Shown here: positions 23,433 to 35,725 of the stretch, one piece after another | Position numbering within the stretch: position 1 is the stretch's first letter | Layout of the letters: the number at the start of each line of letters is the position of its first letter | DNA from: Sedimentisphaerales bacterium | GTDB taxonomy: Bacteria > Planctomycetota > Phycisphaerae > Sedimentisphaerales > Anaerobacaceae | Assembly: GCA_963708075.1 (NCBI GenBank) | Contig: OY970194.1 | Span: 7,072,001-7,136,000 of the forward strand | Reading direction: 5' to 3' | DNA length: 64,000 bases | Translations under genes and position numbers: made by a program | Notes under the pieces: model-generated | Told to the model about the DNA's origin: nothing | The model's database searches: none | What the model saw: the letters and a program-made list of their open reading frames with translations, nothing else

Positions 23433-23660
23433 GACCGTGCCTCAATTCGGGTTCGAAGTGCCAGTTGAGCAAATCCGTCCAAAGAATCAAACCGGTAGGT
23501 GTCAACATAAGCGGCATTGTGTTCCGCCAGACGCAGCGACGAGGTGTGAATGTCCCAAATCGGCAGAAGGTAAAAGTCGGATGGCTCGTCGTTGGCCTTG
23601 ATGAATGCCAGGATCGCGCTGACGAGTACTCCTCGATCTGTATCGAAACGCTCGGGGTTG
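23429..23660 (-). pseudogene. C-terminal stub of a serine recombinase of the recombinase-ParB-RepB cassette
   Basis: Reverse strand reads RFDT...ANDEPSDFYLLPIWDIHTSSLRLAEHNAAYVDTYRFDSLDGFAQLALRTRIEARS*, with the stop overlapping the ParB ATG (ATGA); catalytic N-terminus absent. Confidence 0.7.
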
Positions 23661-23738
23661 CTTTCGGCGCACCGGCCCCTTATGACAGGTGGTGTTCTAT
23701 CGCAGTCTCAAAGGCGTGGTCCGTGTGTTGGCCCGGCA

Positions 23739-24242
23739 TCAGGAAGCCGGGCCGCTGCGATCCAGTATGAATCGAGCCCGTTCCCGGCGGAGCATCTCGT
23801 AGGGCGTCACGCACTTGATGCCAAGGCCGATGCACGCGTCCGGAATCTTGATCTTGCGGCTGGAAGCCGATGGAATTTCGTGTGTCACGATGGTGTGGTC
23901 ACCCGCCTTTGCATGGGCCACGAGATAGTAGTCAGCCACCTGGAGAAATGTGTTTACGGCTGATGGCTCATATCGCTGTCCCGCCGCCCAATTACTGACT
24001 GTGGCCAACGCGGGCAAGACTGTCGTGTCCGGCCGAAGAAAGAATCCCGGGCCTCGGGCTTCGGCCCACCCCGACAACTCATCGGCGATAGCTTGGACCT
24101 CATCGCCCACCTTCTCGATGCTGAACAACTGCCCGGCGGCATTCCTTATGATGAGCCATTCCCAGAAGGCCGGACAGAAGTCGAGACCGTAGTGCAGGTT
24201 CTTCGCGAGAATGAACACGTCTGCGTCGAGGATATAGGCCAT
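23739..24242 (-). CDS. DUF4411 family PIN-like protein (putative toxin)
   Basis: YILDADVFI.AKN.HY..DFCPAFWEW, ADYYLVAHA, VTHE, KIKIPDAC. Confidence 0.9.
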   Translation of the reverse strand: MAYILDADVFILAKNLHYGLDFCPAFWEWLIIRNAAGQLFSIEKVGDEVQAIADELSGWAEARGPGFFLRPDTTVLPALATVSNWAAGQRYEPSAVNTFLQVADYYLVAHAKAGDHTIVTHEIPSASSRKIKIPDACIGLGIKCVTPYEMLRRERARFILDRSGPAS

Positions 24243-25384
24243 CAGATGCGCACCCCCAGGCTCTGCCCAAGATCCCGAAATGTCTCCATCTTCCTGAGGC
24301 CCAGCAGTCGAAAGGCTTCCGTGAAGGAAGACTGGCCCTCCAGTGTACTGACGACCAGGGCCCGGGCAAACCGCTTGCTCGCGCGGGCACCTAGGGTCAG
24401 ATAGAAATCCCCGCCCTTGCTCTTGGCAAGTGCACGCAAGCGGGTAACCTCCTCGTCGTAGGCTTGCTCAAATGTGGCTCGATCGATCCGCTTGGCATCG
24501 AGAATCCTGCGCAGGATCACGAGCGTGCTCACCTTAAACCTTCTGGCGAGCCGTGGCACTGCCGCGAGGGGTTCTTCGCGGTGCAATTCCTGCCTGAGCA
24601 CTTCAAGGGGAACAAGGAACTCGGCGGCGACGCGGTTGCACCAGACCTCAATCTGTTGCGACGGCGTCGATGCGGGGGTCACATCCGAAAGCGCACTTTC
24701 GCCGAGCCAGATGTGAGCGAGTTCATGTGCCAGGGTGAACATCTGGCCGGCTTTCGTATCTGCACCATTGATGAAGACGAGCGGGGCGTAATCGTCCACC
24801 AACGCAAAACCCCTGAATTCATCAATATCAAGCTTTCGCTGGTTGTTGCTGCCCACGACACCGCTACACATGACCAGTACGCCCAGATCGTCGGCCTGCT
24901 CGATGAAGTGACGCAGGGCCTCGGTCCACGTCCCGCAGTCCCGCCGCGCCTCCAGATCGAAATCTAGCGCCTGGCGCATTCGCTCGGCGACCTGTTCGAC
25001 GGGAGCGTCGCGGCGAAGCGAGCCCACGAAGCGCTGAGTCTTGTCTCCGACGGATCGGGCATGATCCCGATACCACGCCTGTCGTTGCTGGCAGAGATAG
25101 ATCGTGTCGAGTAGATTCGGGCTTGGTTGTTCGATCTCTCGGTTCGCTACCGTTCGAAGATCCGGGATGGGAATGCGCTCTTCGGGTGGCTGGGGCAGGA
25201 ATAGATACCCAACCGGCACATAGGTAGCCTTGGCGAAGGCCTCCAACTGCTTGAGTGTCGGCATCGTCTCGCCACGCTCCCAACGATCGTACTTCGGAAA
25301 GCGATTGCGCAGACTATCCACGCTGCGGTCAGCCCGTTCTCTCGCCCATCGCAGAATGTCAGGTTTCACCGTAACGCGGCTCAC
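24242..25384 (-). CDS. XRE HTH + ImmA/IrrE (M78) metallopeptidase
   Basis: LRWARER..WERGE..PTLKQL HTH; FRGFAL, FTLAHELAH (HExxH), EVWCNRVAAEFL; TGATG coupling to DUF4411. Confidence 0.92.
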   Translation of the reverse strand: MSRVTVKPDILRWARERADRSVDSLRNRFPKYDRWERGETMPTLKQLEAFAKATYVPVGYLFLPQPPEERIPIPDLRTVANREIEQPSPNLLDTIYLCQQRQAWYRDHARSVGDKTQRFVGSLRRDAPVEQVAERMRQALDFDLEARRDCGTWTEALRHFIEQADDLGVLVMCSGVVGSNNQRKLDIDEFRGFALVDDYAPLVFINGADTKAGQMFTLAHELAHIWLGESALSDVTPASTPSQQIEVWCNRVAAEFLVPLEVLRQELHREEPLAAVPRLARRFKVSTLVILRRILDAKRIDRATFEQAYDEEVTRLRALAKSKGGDFYLTLGARASKRFARALVVSTLEGQSSFTEAFRLLGLRKMETFRDLGQSLGVRI

Positions 25385-25824
25385 ATGCCAGTCTCCTGGT
25401 AAACACCGATCTTACCGGTCACCACTGCCAAAATCAATGCTGTGTGGTATCCTTGGATGGCTCCAACACACAATCGAGTCGTCGCAAGACCGCCGATGGC
25501 AGCATGAGTTCCCCCACATTAGCTCGGTCAGCACGCCCCTTGAAGAAGATTTGCTACAGACCATCTGAAAGTCGGATTTCTCACGGACCTTAGTCTCTTC
25601 ACGGGAGAACCAGCAGGTGAACTGTGTGCGGTAGCAGGCCAGAAACGAGCAGATTCGAAGAATCTCCCTACTGTAAGGGCGCCTCCGCGCGCCACTTACG
25701 TCAATCTGCAGGATTCTTCCCAAAAAGTACTTGTGCGCTCGCCAGAATCGCGCTAACCTGGATGCTGACTGATTGTCAGTATTGGAAAGGGCGAAACATG
25801 ACTCTGGCGATTTGAAAAGTCATT

Positions 25825-26085
25825 GTGTTGGGATTGATCGGTTCAATCCTTCTGTTGGGTAACATCCTGCTTGTGGCGAACTGGCTGGCTGAGCACGGCG
25901 TGGTGGATTGGGCCCGAGGCATTCGGGCGGAGTACCTGACCGGGACCGCGATCACGATCATCATTGTCCTGCTGATCCTTCTAGTCAGCCCGAGGGCTGG
26001 TGCCCTCATCCGCAGGTGTCCGGTGTGTGACCATGTGCTGGTGAGCAGGGGCAGGTATTGCGGGGAATGTGGGAGCAAGGTATAG
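25825..26085 (+). CDS. Small two-TM protein with C-terminal zinc ribbon
   Basis: Two hydrophobic segments then CPVC...CGECG; possible promoter TTGTGC-17-TAACCT at 25731-25759. Confidence 0.65.
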   Translation: MLGLIGSILLLGNILLVANWLAEHGVVDWARGIRAEYLTGTAITIIIVLLILLVSPRAGALIRRCPVCDHVLVSRGRYCGECGSKV

Positions 26086-26240
26086 TTCCTACGGCAGCAG
26101 GGCTTGTACCTATTTTGTACATGATTTCGTGCGCATGATGCTCAACATGCGCAAAATGCAGATTTGAGGTTGCTCCTTTGATGACAACGACTTACACGTA
26201 AATGCCGATGGCGTAAGATGTTGCGATCTTGCCCGGTAAT

Positions 26241-26285
26241 GAGCCCATAACCCGGAGGTCGGAAGTTCGAATCCTCCCCCCGCTA
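26241..26285 (+). tRNA. Degenerate 3' half of tRNA-Met(CAT); probable att-site remnant, not a functional tRNA
   Basis: gagccCATAAcccggaggtcggaaGTTCGAATCctcccccgcta resembles the anticodon arm, T arm and acceptor 3' strand of initiator tRNA; no 5' half or D arm upstream. Confidence 0.75.
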
Positions 26286-26439
26286 TTGAGGCAGCATCTT
26301 CAGGGACAGGTACTTGCGCCCGCAGGGTGCAGAAAATCATCGGTGTGTAACGCAAGCTCTCTCAGGCTATTAGCGTTGGAATCCTCGAACTGCGCGCGGG
26401 ATATGGCACAGTTGTGACCAGTCATGGGCCGGCAACTCG

Positions 26440-26700
26440 CGAGGCGTTCTCTATCGACGGCGGGCGCGTTGGCGTTATCGCCTGGCCGCCCGATAAGCTG
26501 CGGGTGGCTGGCTCCTTCAAGCGTGGCGAGCACACGCTGGAGATCGCTGTCGCTGGCAATCTGAGGAACATGCTGGGGCCGCACTTCAGCGGTGGCCTGC
26601 CCGGCATCTGGAGTTGGCTTTGGGAGGGCCAGAAGCTTCAACCCGCCGCCCACTACAAGCTCTCGCCCTGCGGCCTGAACGTACCGCCCAAACTGGAGGC
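26440..26700 (+). pseudogene. C-terminal beta-sandwich fragment of a glycoside hydrolase (GH2/GH106-like)
   Basis: IDGGRVGVIAWPPDKL...GEHTLEIAVAGNLRNMLGPH...CGL..PP; no N-terminal part. Confidence 0.6.
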
Positions 26701-26826
26701 CGGACGGGAGGCGAACGTCAAACGCGCGACCACATCGGACAACTATCCATCTTCAACACGCGTAGTGTGCACATACTCACCCAGGCCTGACGCGAGCGAT
26801 TCCCGGCTGTTAGTTCTGTTATCGAC

Positions 26827-26949
26827 ATGAAAGATGTCGGCCGGTACGAATTCGAGCCGGGTACGGTGCTTGCCTCTCATGCATATCTGGTCGCGGCCAA
26901 GGACGCGGTCGCTCTGCAACAGAAGTACCCCGATATCCATGGACGGTGA
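26827..26949 (+). pseudogene. Lamin-tail-domain-like fragment
   Basis: YEFEPGTVLASHAYLVAAKDAVALQQKYP resembles the LTD core (YxFPxGTxLxxxxYLVVAxD). Confidence 0.5.
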
Positions 26950-27108
26950 GACGGCGGTGATCAAGCCCATTCAAGAATTTGCGAAATGACTGGCCGCACT
27001 GCGCATAGATGGTTGGATGGTCAGTACCCGGTGGGCCGGAATCTGCTTGATATATGTGTTTGCGCACCATAGTGTTGTGGCATGTTCGATAGAGAAGGAG
27101 GTCACCCA

Positions 27109-29096
27109 ATGGTCACGAAACGAACACATGTCCGGTACATCGCGCTGGCCGGCATTCTCCTGGCTCTCATTCTCGCCCAGTCTGGATCCGCACAACAGGC
27201 CGACCGGGTGCAATGGTCCCATCTTTCCAGCACAAAGGGCCAGGTCCCGCCACCCGACGTCGGACGGCAGGTAGCCACGTTGATCCTCGATATCGACAAA
27301 GATGGCGTCAATGACTTTGTGGTCGCCAGCTATGAGAAGATCGCGTGGTTTCGTCGCTCGGTCGAGGGCTGGACGAGGAATGTTGTGGAGAATGGCGCCA
27401 CGGGAGTGCGCCTCGAAGCGGGCGGCGATTTCCTTGATATTGATGGCGACGGTGACTTGGATATCCTGGAGGGGGCCCAGTCGAAGGCCGGTGAAATCTG
27501 GTGGTGGGAGAACCCTTACCCCAGTTTCCAGGCCGACACGCCCTGGAAGCGTCACCAGGTCATCGCTGTGGGCGGCACGCACCACGACCAGATCTTCGGT
27601 GATTTCGACGGGGACGGAAAGACCGAACTGGCCTTCTGGTACAACGAAGGCATGCAATTGTTCCTGGCGGAGATCCCGACTGACCCGACAAAGCCGTGGC
27701 CGGTCACGCCCATCGCTCAACTCGGCGCCGGCAAGCAGCGGCCGGAGGGGTTCGCCAGGATCGACATCAATGGGGATGGAAAGCTTGACATCGTGGGCGG
27801 GGGCCACTGGTTCGAGCACATCGAGAGCACGACGTTCAAAACTCATCCGGTGGATGATGAGTACCGGTTCACCCGCTCGGCAGCAGGCGACCTGATTGAA
27901 GGCGGCTGGCCGGAAATCGTCATCAGCTCGGGTGATGGCGTGGGACCGCTGGCCCTTTACGAGCACAAGGACGGCCAGTGGAACAAACGCGTGCTTATCG
28001 AGCGCGTGGATCATGGCCATACTCTCCAGATCGCCGACATTGACCGCGACGGGCACTCGGACATATACACCGGTGAGATGTACAACCCTGGCGCCGGGGC
28101 CAGTTGCCGGCAATGGGTCCTTTACGGCGATGGAAAAGGCCAGTTCCAGACCCAATTGATCTCCACAGGCATCGGCAGTCACGAATCGCGAACCGGAGAT
28201 TTGGATGGGGACGGCGATATGGACATTCTGCAGAAGGACTTTCAGCAGGACCGGCGGGTGGATGTCTGGCTCAACAACGGCGCGCGCCCGGCGCTCGCGG
28301 CGTCGGCACCAGCGCCGGCTTCAAAGGCCCGGTTGGGCTTCAGCTTTACAGCCTTCGGGACATCTTCAAGGACAACGTGCCGCTGGGACTTCAGCTCACT
28401 CGCAACTTTGGCTTCGTGGAAGTCGAATTGGCCGGGACGTACGGATTGACGCCGGCGCAGTTCCGCCGGAGGCTCCAATGGTACGGTCTCAAACCGGTCG
28501 GCGGACACTGGTCCTACGAGCAATGGGAGAAGAACCCCGAGGCCGCGGTGAAGGAAGCCAAGGAGTTGAGCTTGCCCTATGCAGGCTGTGCGTGGATCCC
28601 TCACGAGGGCCCGTTCGACGAAGCCGCCTGCCGTCGTGCGGCGGCTGTCTTCAACAACGCGGGCAAAGTGGCGGCCGCACAGGGGATCAAGTTCTATTAT
28701 CACAATCATGGTTATGAATTCGTCCCGCACGGGGACGGTACGCTCTTCGATTTGCTGGTGAAGGAGACGAAGCCCGGCTTGGTCACTTTCCAGATGGATG
28801 TGTTCTGGACCGTGCATCCGGGCCAGGACCCGGTCGAGCTCCTGCGGCGCTATCCCGACCGCTGGGAGCTATTCCACATCAAGGATTTGAAGAAGGGCGT
28901 GCAGACGGGCAAGCTGACCGGCTCGGAGGATGTCCGCAATGACGTAGCGCTGGGCACGGGCCAGATCGACCTGGCCAGGATTCTGCGCGTTGCACAGGAG
29001 TTGGGAATCAAGCACTATTTCATCGAAGACGAGTCACCAACCGTCATCGAACAAATCCCACAGAGCCTACGATTCCTCGAATCGCTCTCGTGGTAA
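27109..29096 (+). CDS. Secreted FG-GAP/VCBS beta-propeller fused to a sugar-phosphate isomerase/epimerase TIM barrel; frameshift near 28285
   Basis: AAGGAGG RBS, signal peptide, multiple DxDGDGxxD repeats; second frame GPVGLQLYSLR, YHNH.YEF, FQMDVFW, HIKD, FIEDE lacks its own ATG/RBS. Confidence 0.8.
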
Positions 29097-29109
29097 TGGG
29101 AACCATCCA

Positions 29110-30627
29110 ATGAGGACTGCACACATGAGATCCTTTCTGATCATGCTGATCGTTTGCGCTGGTCTGGCCATTATCCCGAAGGACGCACTCGCCGCGGATC
29201 GGATGCCGGACACATCGAAGATGAATGTCCTGTTTATTATCGCCGAGGATTGGAGTGCGAACACGCCGGGCTGCTACGGCAATCCCATCTGCAAGACCCC
29301 GAATCTGGACCGTTTCGCCACCAGCGCTATTCGTTTCGACTCGGCGTACGTGCAGGCCGTCTGCTGCAATCCGTCCCGCAGCTCGTTCCTCACCGGATTG
29401 CGTCCGCTCACCAGCCGGGTCTGGAACAATGGTCAGGAGATGGACAAAAGCCTGCCGCCCAATACGGTCACTCTGCCGGAGTTGCTGAAGAAGAAAGGCT
29501 TCTACACCGCCGTCATCGGCAAGTTCTTCCACACGGTGGAATACGCCGAGAAGCAATTGCTCGCCTTCGACCGAATCGAAAGTTACGGCAAGCCCCCGGG
29601 ATGGGAAGGGCCCGGTCCTATCCTGACGTTCCCACCGGTCAAACGCGCCCAGAAAGACCCCGCTCCCAAGGACAAAAACAGCAGAGCCTACCGCGAGTGG
29701 CGCGTCCGCAATTCCGACCGCTACGGCGATTCGGGCCTGGAGCCTGAAGAAGAAGGTGACTATCGTAATGCGCAAATTGCCTGTGCGTTGCTGAAGGAAT
29801 TCGCGCAGACGAAAAAGCAGTTCTTCCTTTCGGTCCATCAATCGCGTCCGCACACGCCGCTCATCGCGCCGAAGAAGTACATCGACATGTACGACCCGGC
29901 GAAGATCCCCGATCCGCCCGCGCCGCCTAAGGTGGAGGGCAGCCTCTACCGTCGCCGCGTGACCGTTGGCAACCCGGATATCTTCATGAGGCAGCAGCCG
30001 ACGCCGCAGCAGGTCAAGGAGGCAATCGCCGCTTACTACGCCTGCGTGAGCTTCGTGGATAATAATATCGGTATGGTTCTCGACGAGTTGGAGAGGCAGG
30101 GCCTCGCCGGCAACACGATTGTCTTCATCATGGGCGACCACGGTTTCCATCTGGGCGATCATGGTTTCTGGTCCAAATATTCGATGCTCGAGGCCACACG
30201 GCGGGCACCGTTGTGGGTGCGTGTGCCGGGTGCGCCGGGCAATGGCCAGGTCTGCCGCGAGTTCGTGGAATTCGTGGACTTCCTGCCCACTGTCGGCGAG
30301 CTCGTGGGCCTTGACTTGCCCACCAATCTGGAGGGACTGAGCTTCTCGCCACTGCTGACCAATCCAAGCCGGCCCTGGAAGAAAGCCGTGTTCATGGTGG
30401 AGAACGAAAACAACCAGGTCGTGCGAAGCCGCAAGTTCAGTTACCTGGCGTTCCAGAAGGGGCCGGTCCCTGCGGCGCTATTCGACCTGGAGAAGGACCC
30501 GTGGGAGACAGTCAACCTCGCGGACGACCCGGCCTATGCAAAGACGCGGCAGGACATGGCTGAACTGCTGAAGGCCGGCTGGAAAGCGGCGCTACCCGAC
30601 CAAGCCGCCGCAAAGCCAAAAGAATGA
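29110..30627 (+). CDS. Sulfatase (S1, iduronate-2-sulfatase/choline-sulfatase-like)
   Basis: CNPSRSSFLTG (CxPxR), GKFFH, RPHTP, GDHGFHLGDH..WSK; signal peptide. Confidence 0.95.
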   Translation: MRTAHMRSFLIMLIVCAGLAIIPKDALAADRMPDTSKMNVLFIIAEDWSANTPGCYGNPICKTPNLDRFATSAIRFDSAYVQAVCCNPSRSSFLTGLRPLTSRVWNNGQEMDKSLPPNTVTLPELLKKKGFYTAVIGKFFHTVEYAEKQLLAFDRIESYGKPPGWEGPGPILTFPPVKRAQKDPAPKDKNSRAYREWRVRNSDRYGDSGLEPEEEGDYRNAQIACALLKEFAQTKKQFFLSVHQSRPHTPLIAPKKYIDMYDPAKIPDPPAPPKVEGSLYRRRVTVGNPDIFMRQQPTPQQVKEAIAAYYACVSFVDNNIGMVLDELERQGLAGNTIVFIMGDHGFHLGDHGFWSKYSMLEATRRAPLWVRVPGAPGNGQVCREFVEFVDFLPTVGELVGLDLPTNLEGLSFSPLLTNPSRPWKKAVFMVENENNQVVRSRKFSYLAFQKGPVPAALFDLEKDPWETVNLADDPAYAKTRQDMAELLKAGWKAALPDQAAAKPKE

Positions 30628-30724
30628 CGGCTGCCTATGGGTGGCCGGCCATCGACCAAGGGGCATAGACCACAAATGACAATGCAGGGTTCCGCGTTTG
30701 GGATCCTTTCAGGGGAGGACCACG

Positions 30725-31899
30725 ATGAGGCGTCCGAGTCGTTGTTTGAACAAGTCACTGCTGCTTTGGCTGGTCTTGACGATCATCGGCATTATGGATG
30801 CCGCGGCGGCGGATGGTAATCGCGCGACTGCTTTCCAGTGGATAAGGTCGAGCCCGGAAGATCAGGGGATGGACGGGCCTGGACTGGAGGAGATGAGGAG
30901 GTCCCTGGCCGACCACGGTACGAAAGGACTGCTTGTCATCCGGAACGACAGGATCGTGTGCGAGTGGTACCAGGAGGGGCACGGAGCAGACAAGCAGCAC
31001 TACACGGCGTCGATGGCCAAGGCGGTCGTGGGCGGCGCGTCGCTGGCTGTGGCCGTCAGCGATGGTCTGATCGCACTGGATGATCCTGCCGCCAAATTCG
31101 TGCCTCAGTGGAGAAGTGATCCACGCAAGTCGAAGATCACCATTCGCCATCTTGGCTCGCACACCTCGGGCATCGAGGATGCAGAAGCAGATGGCCTGCC
31201 GCACGATAAGCTCACCGGCTGGAAGGGCGATTTCTGGAAGCGTCTCGATCCGCCTCAGGATCCCTTCAGCCTCTCACGTGACGCCGCTCCGATGCTCTTT
31301 GAGCCCGGCGAGAAGATGCAATACAGTAATCCCGGTATCGCGATGCTGACCTACTGCGTCACGGCCGCGCTGCGGGATGCGTCGCACAAAGATATTCGCA
31401 CGCTGTTGCGTGAGCGCGTGATGCGGCCTATCGGGGTGGCGGATGCGGACTGGTCTGTCGGTTATGGCAGCACCTATACAGTGGATGGCTTACCCTTGGT
31501 CGGCTCCTGGGGCGGCGGCGGGTACACCGCTCGGGCAGCGGCACGCGTGGGCCGGCTCATGCTGCGCGAAGGCGATTGGGAAGGCAAACAACTCATCAGC
31601 CGCGAGGCAGTGAGGCTCGTCACTCGGGACGCAGGCACGCCGGGCAATTGTGGCATCGGCTGGTGGAGCAACAACGATGGTTCGTACCCCGAGCTGCCGA
31701 AGGACGCATTCTGGGGCTCCGGCGCGGGTCATCAAATCCTCCTGGTTATCCCCAGCCTGGATCTCATCGCCGTCCGCAACGGTGGGGATTTGGAAACGGC
31801 CGCCACCGAGCCCGGCCGCTTTCATAGTCCGGTGCGCCGGTACCTGTTCGGACCGCTGACGGAAGCGGTGCGACAGCCGGCACAAGAAAGGAGAGAAAA

Positions 31900-31903
<4 letters not shown>
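30725..31903 (+). CDS. Serine hydrolase, beta-lactamase/AmpC-like fold
   Basis: SMAK (SxxK), ITIRHLGSHTSG, YSN, GAGHQ; signal peptide. Confidence 0.9.
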
Positions 31904-33608
<1,705 letters not shown>

Positions 33609-33611
33609 CTA

Positions 33612-34757
33612 AGTAGGTAGCCAAAAGTTTTCACAGGAACGATTCTCTTCGCGTGTATGATGGGGTACATGCGAAGAACGAAGAGCGCCTCAGAACGTGG
33701 TTTCGATCGATATGATAAACATCGTCTTACGCGGGCCTTACAGGGGGTCGCTGACATTCGCACCTACCGGCGTATCGGAGCGATCCTGTTGGTGGCCCAG
33801 GGTCGGACGGTTCCGGAAGCAGCGCAGATCACCGGGACCCGGCCGTGGAGCGTCTATCGCTGGGTGCGGGCCTATCTGCACACCCATTGTCCAGACCGCC
33901 TGCAGGACGCACCGCGTTCCGGACGGCCTCCGGTCGCCACGCCGATCACGGACGCCCGTCTGGTACGCGAGTTCCGCCGGGACCCGATGCGTTTGGGCTA
34001 TCGCGCCACGGGTTGGACGGTGTCCTTGCTGGCAGATCACCTCCAGCAAAGGTACGGGTGTGCAATCTCGCCTCGTACCCTGCGGCGGCGGATGCGGGAC
34101 TTGGATCTGCGGTGGAAACGTCCCCGGTATGTCTATGCGACCAAGGACCCGAACCGAGCCCAGAAAAAGGGGGCCTGGTTCGCCGCCTGAAACGGATGCC
34201 GGCGCTGGCGGTGCTGTTGTTTTCGGATGCGACCATCCTCCGCTGGTTTCCGCCCTTGCGCTATGTGTGGGCGTTTCGCGGCGAACAGGCGCAGGTCAAG
34301 ATCACGGGTCAAAACGACAAACGGGTTCTGTTCGGCACGATCAATCCACGAACCGGACACCGGGTGGTCCTGCGTCGGCCCCGCCAGCGGCAAGAGGACT
34401 TTCAAGCCTTCCTGCGGGAGTTGCGGCGACGGTATCCCGGACGCCCGATTTGGCTGTTGCTGGACAAGGCCTCTTTTCATCAGGCGATCAAAAGCCAACG
34501 ACTGGCCACCCACTTGGAGGTGACCCTCTTGTGGTTGCCGAAGCAGTGCCCGGAACTGAACTCTCAGGATCATCTCTGGAAGGAGTTGAAACGGTTGATT
34601 GCGGCCAATCGCCAGTTCCAAACGATTGATGATGAGGCGGCCTACGCGGAACAGTGGCTCTTGGGACTAACTGCGACCCAGGGCCTCCGCAAAGCCGGTG
34701 TCTTGTCGGCGGATTTCTGGCTCAAGGCTTTTGTGTGAAGACTTTTGGCTACCTACT
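33612..34757 (+). mobile_element. IS630-family insertion sequence (1146 bp)
   Basis: Terminal inverted repeats AGTAGGTAGCCAAAAGT(T/C)TTCACA with one mismatch; TA duplicated at 33610-33611 and 34758-34759. Confidence 0.96.
33657..34738 (+). CDS. IS630 transposase, OrfA (HTH, 33657-34190) and OrfB (DDE) joined by a probable -1 programmed frameshift
   Basis: DAPRSGRP and HTH in OrfA; FSDAT, LLDKASFH, PELNSQDHLW in OrfB; slippery AAAAAGGGGG at ~34164-34173. Confidence 0.9.
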
Positions 34758-35725
34758 TAGTGTTGCTCTGGCTGGTCCTGGTAATCGCTCATGTCGTCTG
34801 CTCCGTCGGTGGGGCGGTGGCATTTGGCGGCTCTCATCCTGTTGCCGGTCCAAATGAATCGTTGGTCAGGGACTTGACCTTCTTTCTGAGCCGATTGCGG
34901 ACGCTGGACCACCTGCCCGAGTTGGAGCCGTCGCACACCGCCATGTCCAGCACTTGGGATCGCTCGGGTGGCAACTTTGATGGCTGGGATTTCAAACGTG
35001 TGGAAGACGGCCGAAACGTGTTGCTGGACGTGAACGGCCCCGGCTGCATCCACCGTATGTTCACCGGCTGGCTTGGCCAAGGCAAAGATATCCTGGGGCG
35101 ATCGGGTCCGGCCGGCACGCGACTGCAGATTCTCCTCGACCATGCCGAGCGCCCCGTTCTCGATCTGCCTGTGGAACGCTTCTTTGACGACCGCAACGGC
35201 CCGTTTCCATGCGACCTGGACCGAAGCTCTCGCAGCGCAGCCCGATAGGCCGCAATTCGGTCCGAAAGACATCCCGTGTCACATGGTGCTCGATCGCCAA
35301 GGTCCGGGCAAGTACGTCGGCGTCCTGCTGCACGTGCAGTGGCCCCATAAGGATTGGTGGGGCGAAGGGGACTGGCTGATCTGGACCGATGAGGACGGCT
35401 GGCCGCCAAGCTATCACGGCACGGGCAGCGAGGAGTACTTCAATTCCGGCTGGTGCAGCTTCGATCGCAAGGCGGTCTCGGGCTTCATCAAGACCCATCC
35501 GGGCGATGTGGCCCTGTACTCCTTTCACCTCAATGACGCCTTTCAGTTTCAGCATAATATCCGGGTGGCGGAAGAGACCTTCGGGATGGACGGGGCTGGC
35601 ATGATCGGCAATACTATCATTCATCGGGACCACCCGGTCTGGGGCAGCACGGCCTATTGGTACGCCCGGCCGCTTCAGTCGGCAGGCTCCAGTCCCAGGC
35701 AGATGACAAAGGAGAAAGGATCACC

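Noticed and set aside
26208..26290. Complete tRNA-Met gene
   Set aside because: No 5' acceptor strand or D arm, and mismatched anticodon and T stems; kept only as a remnant
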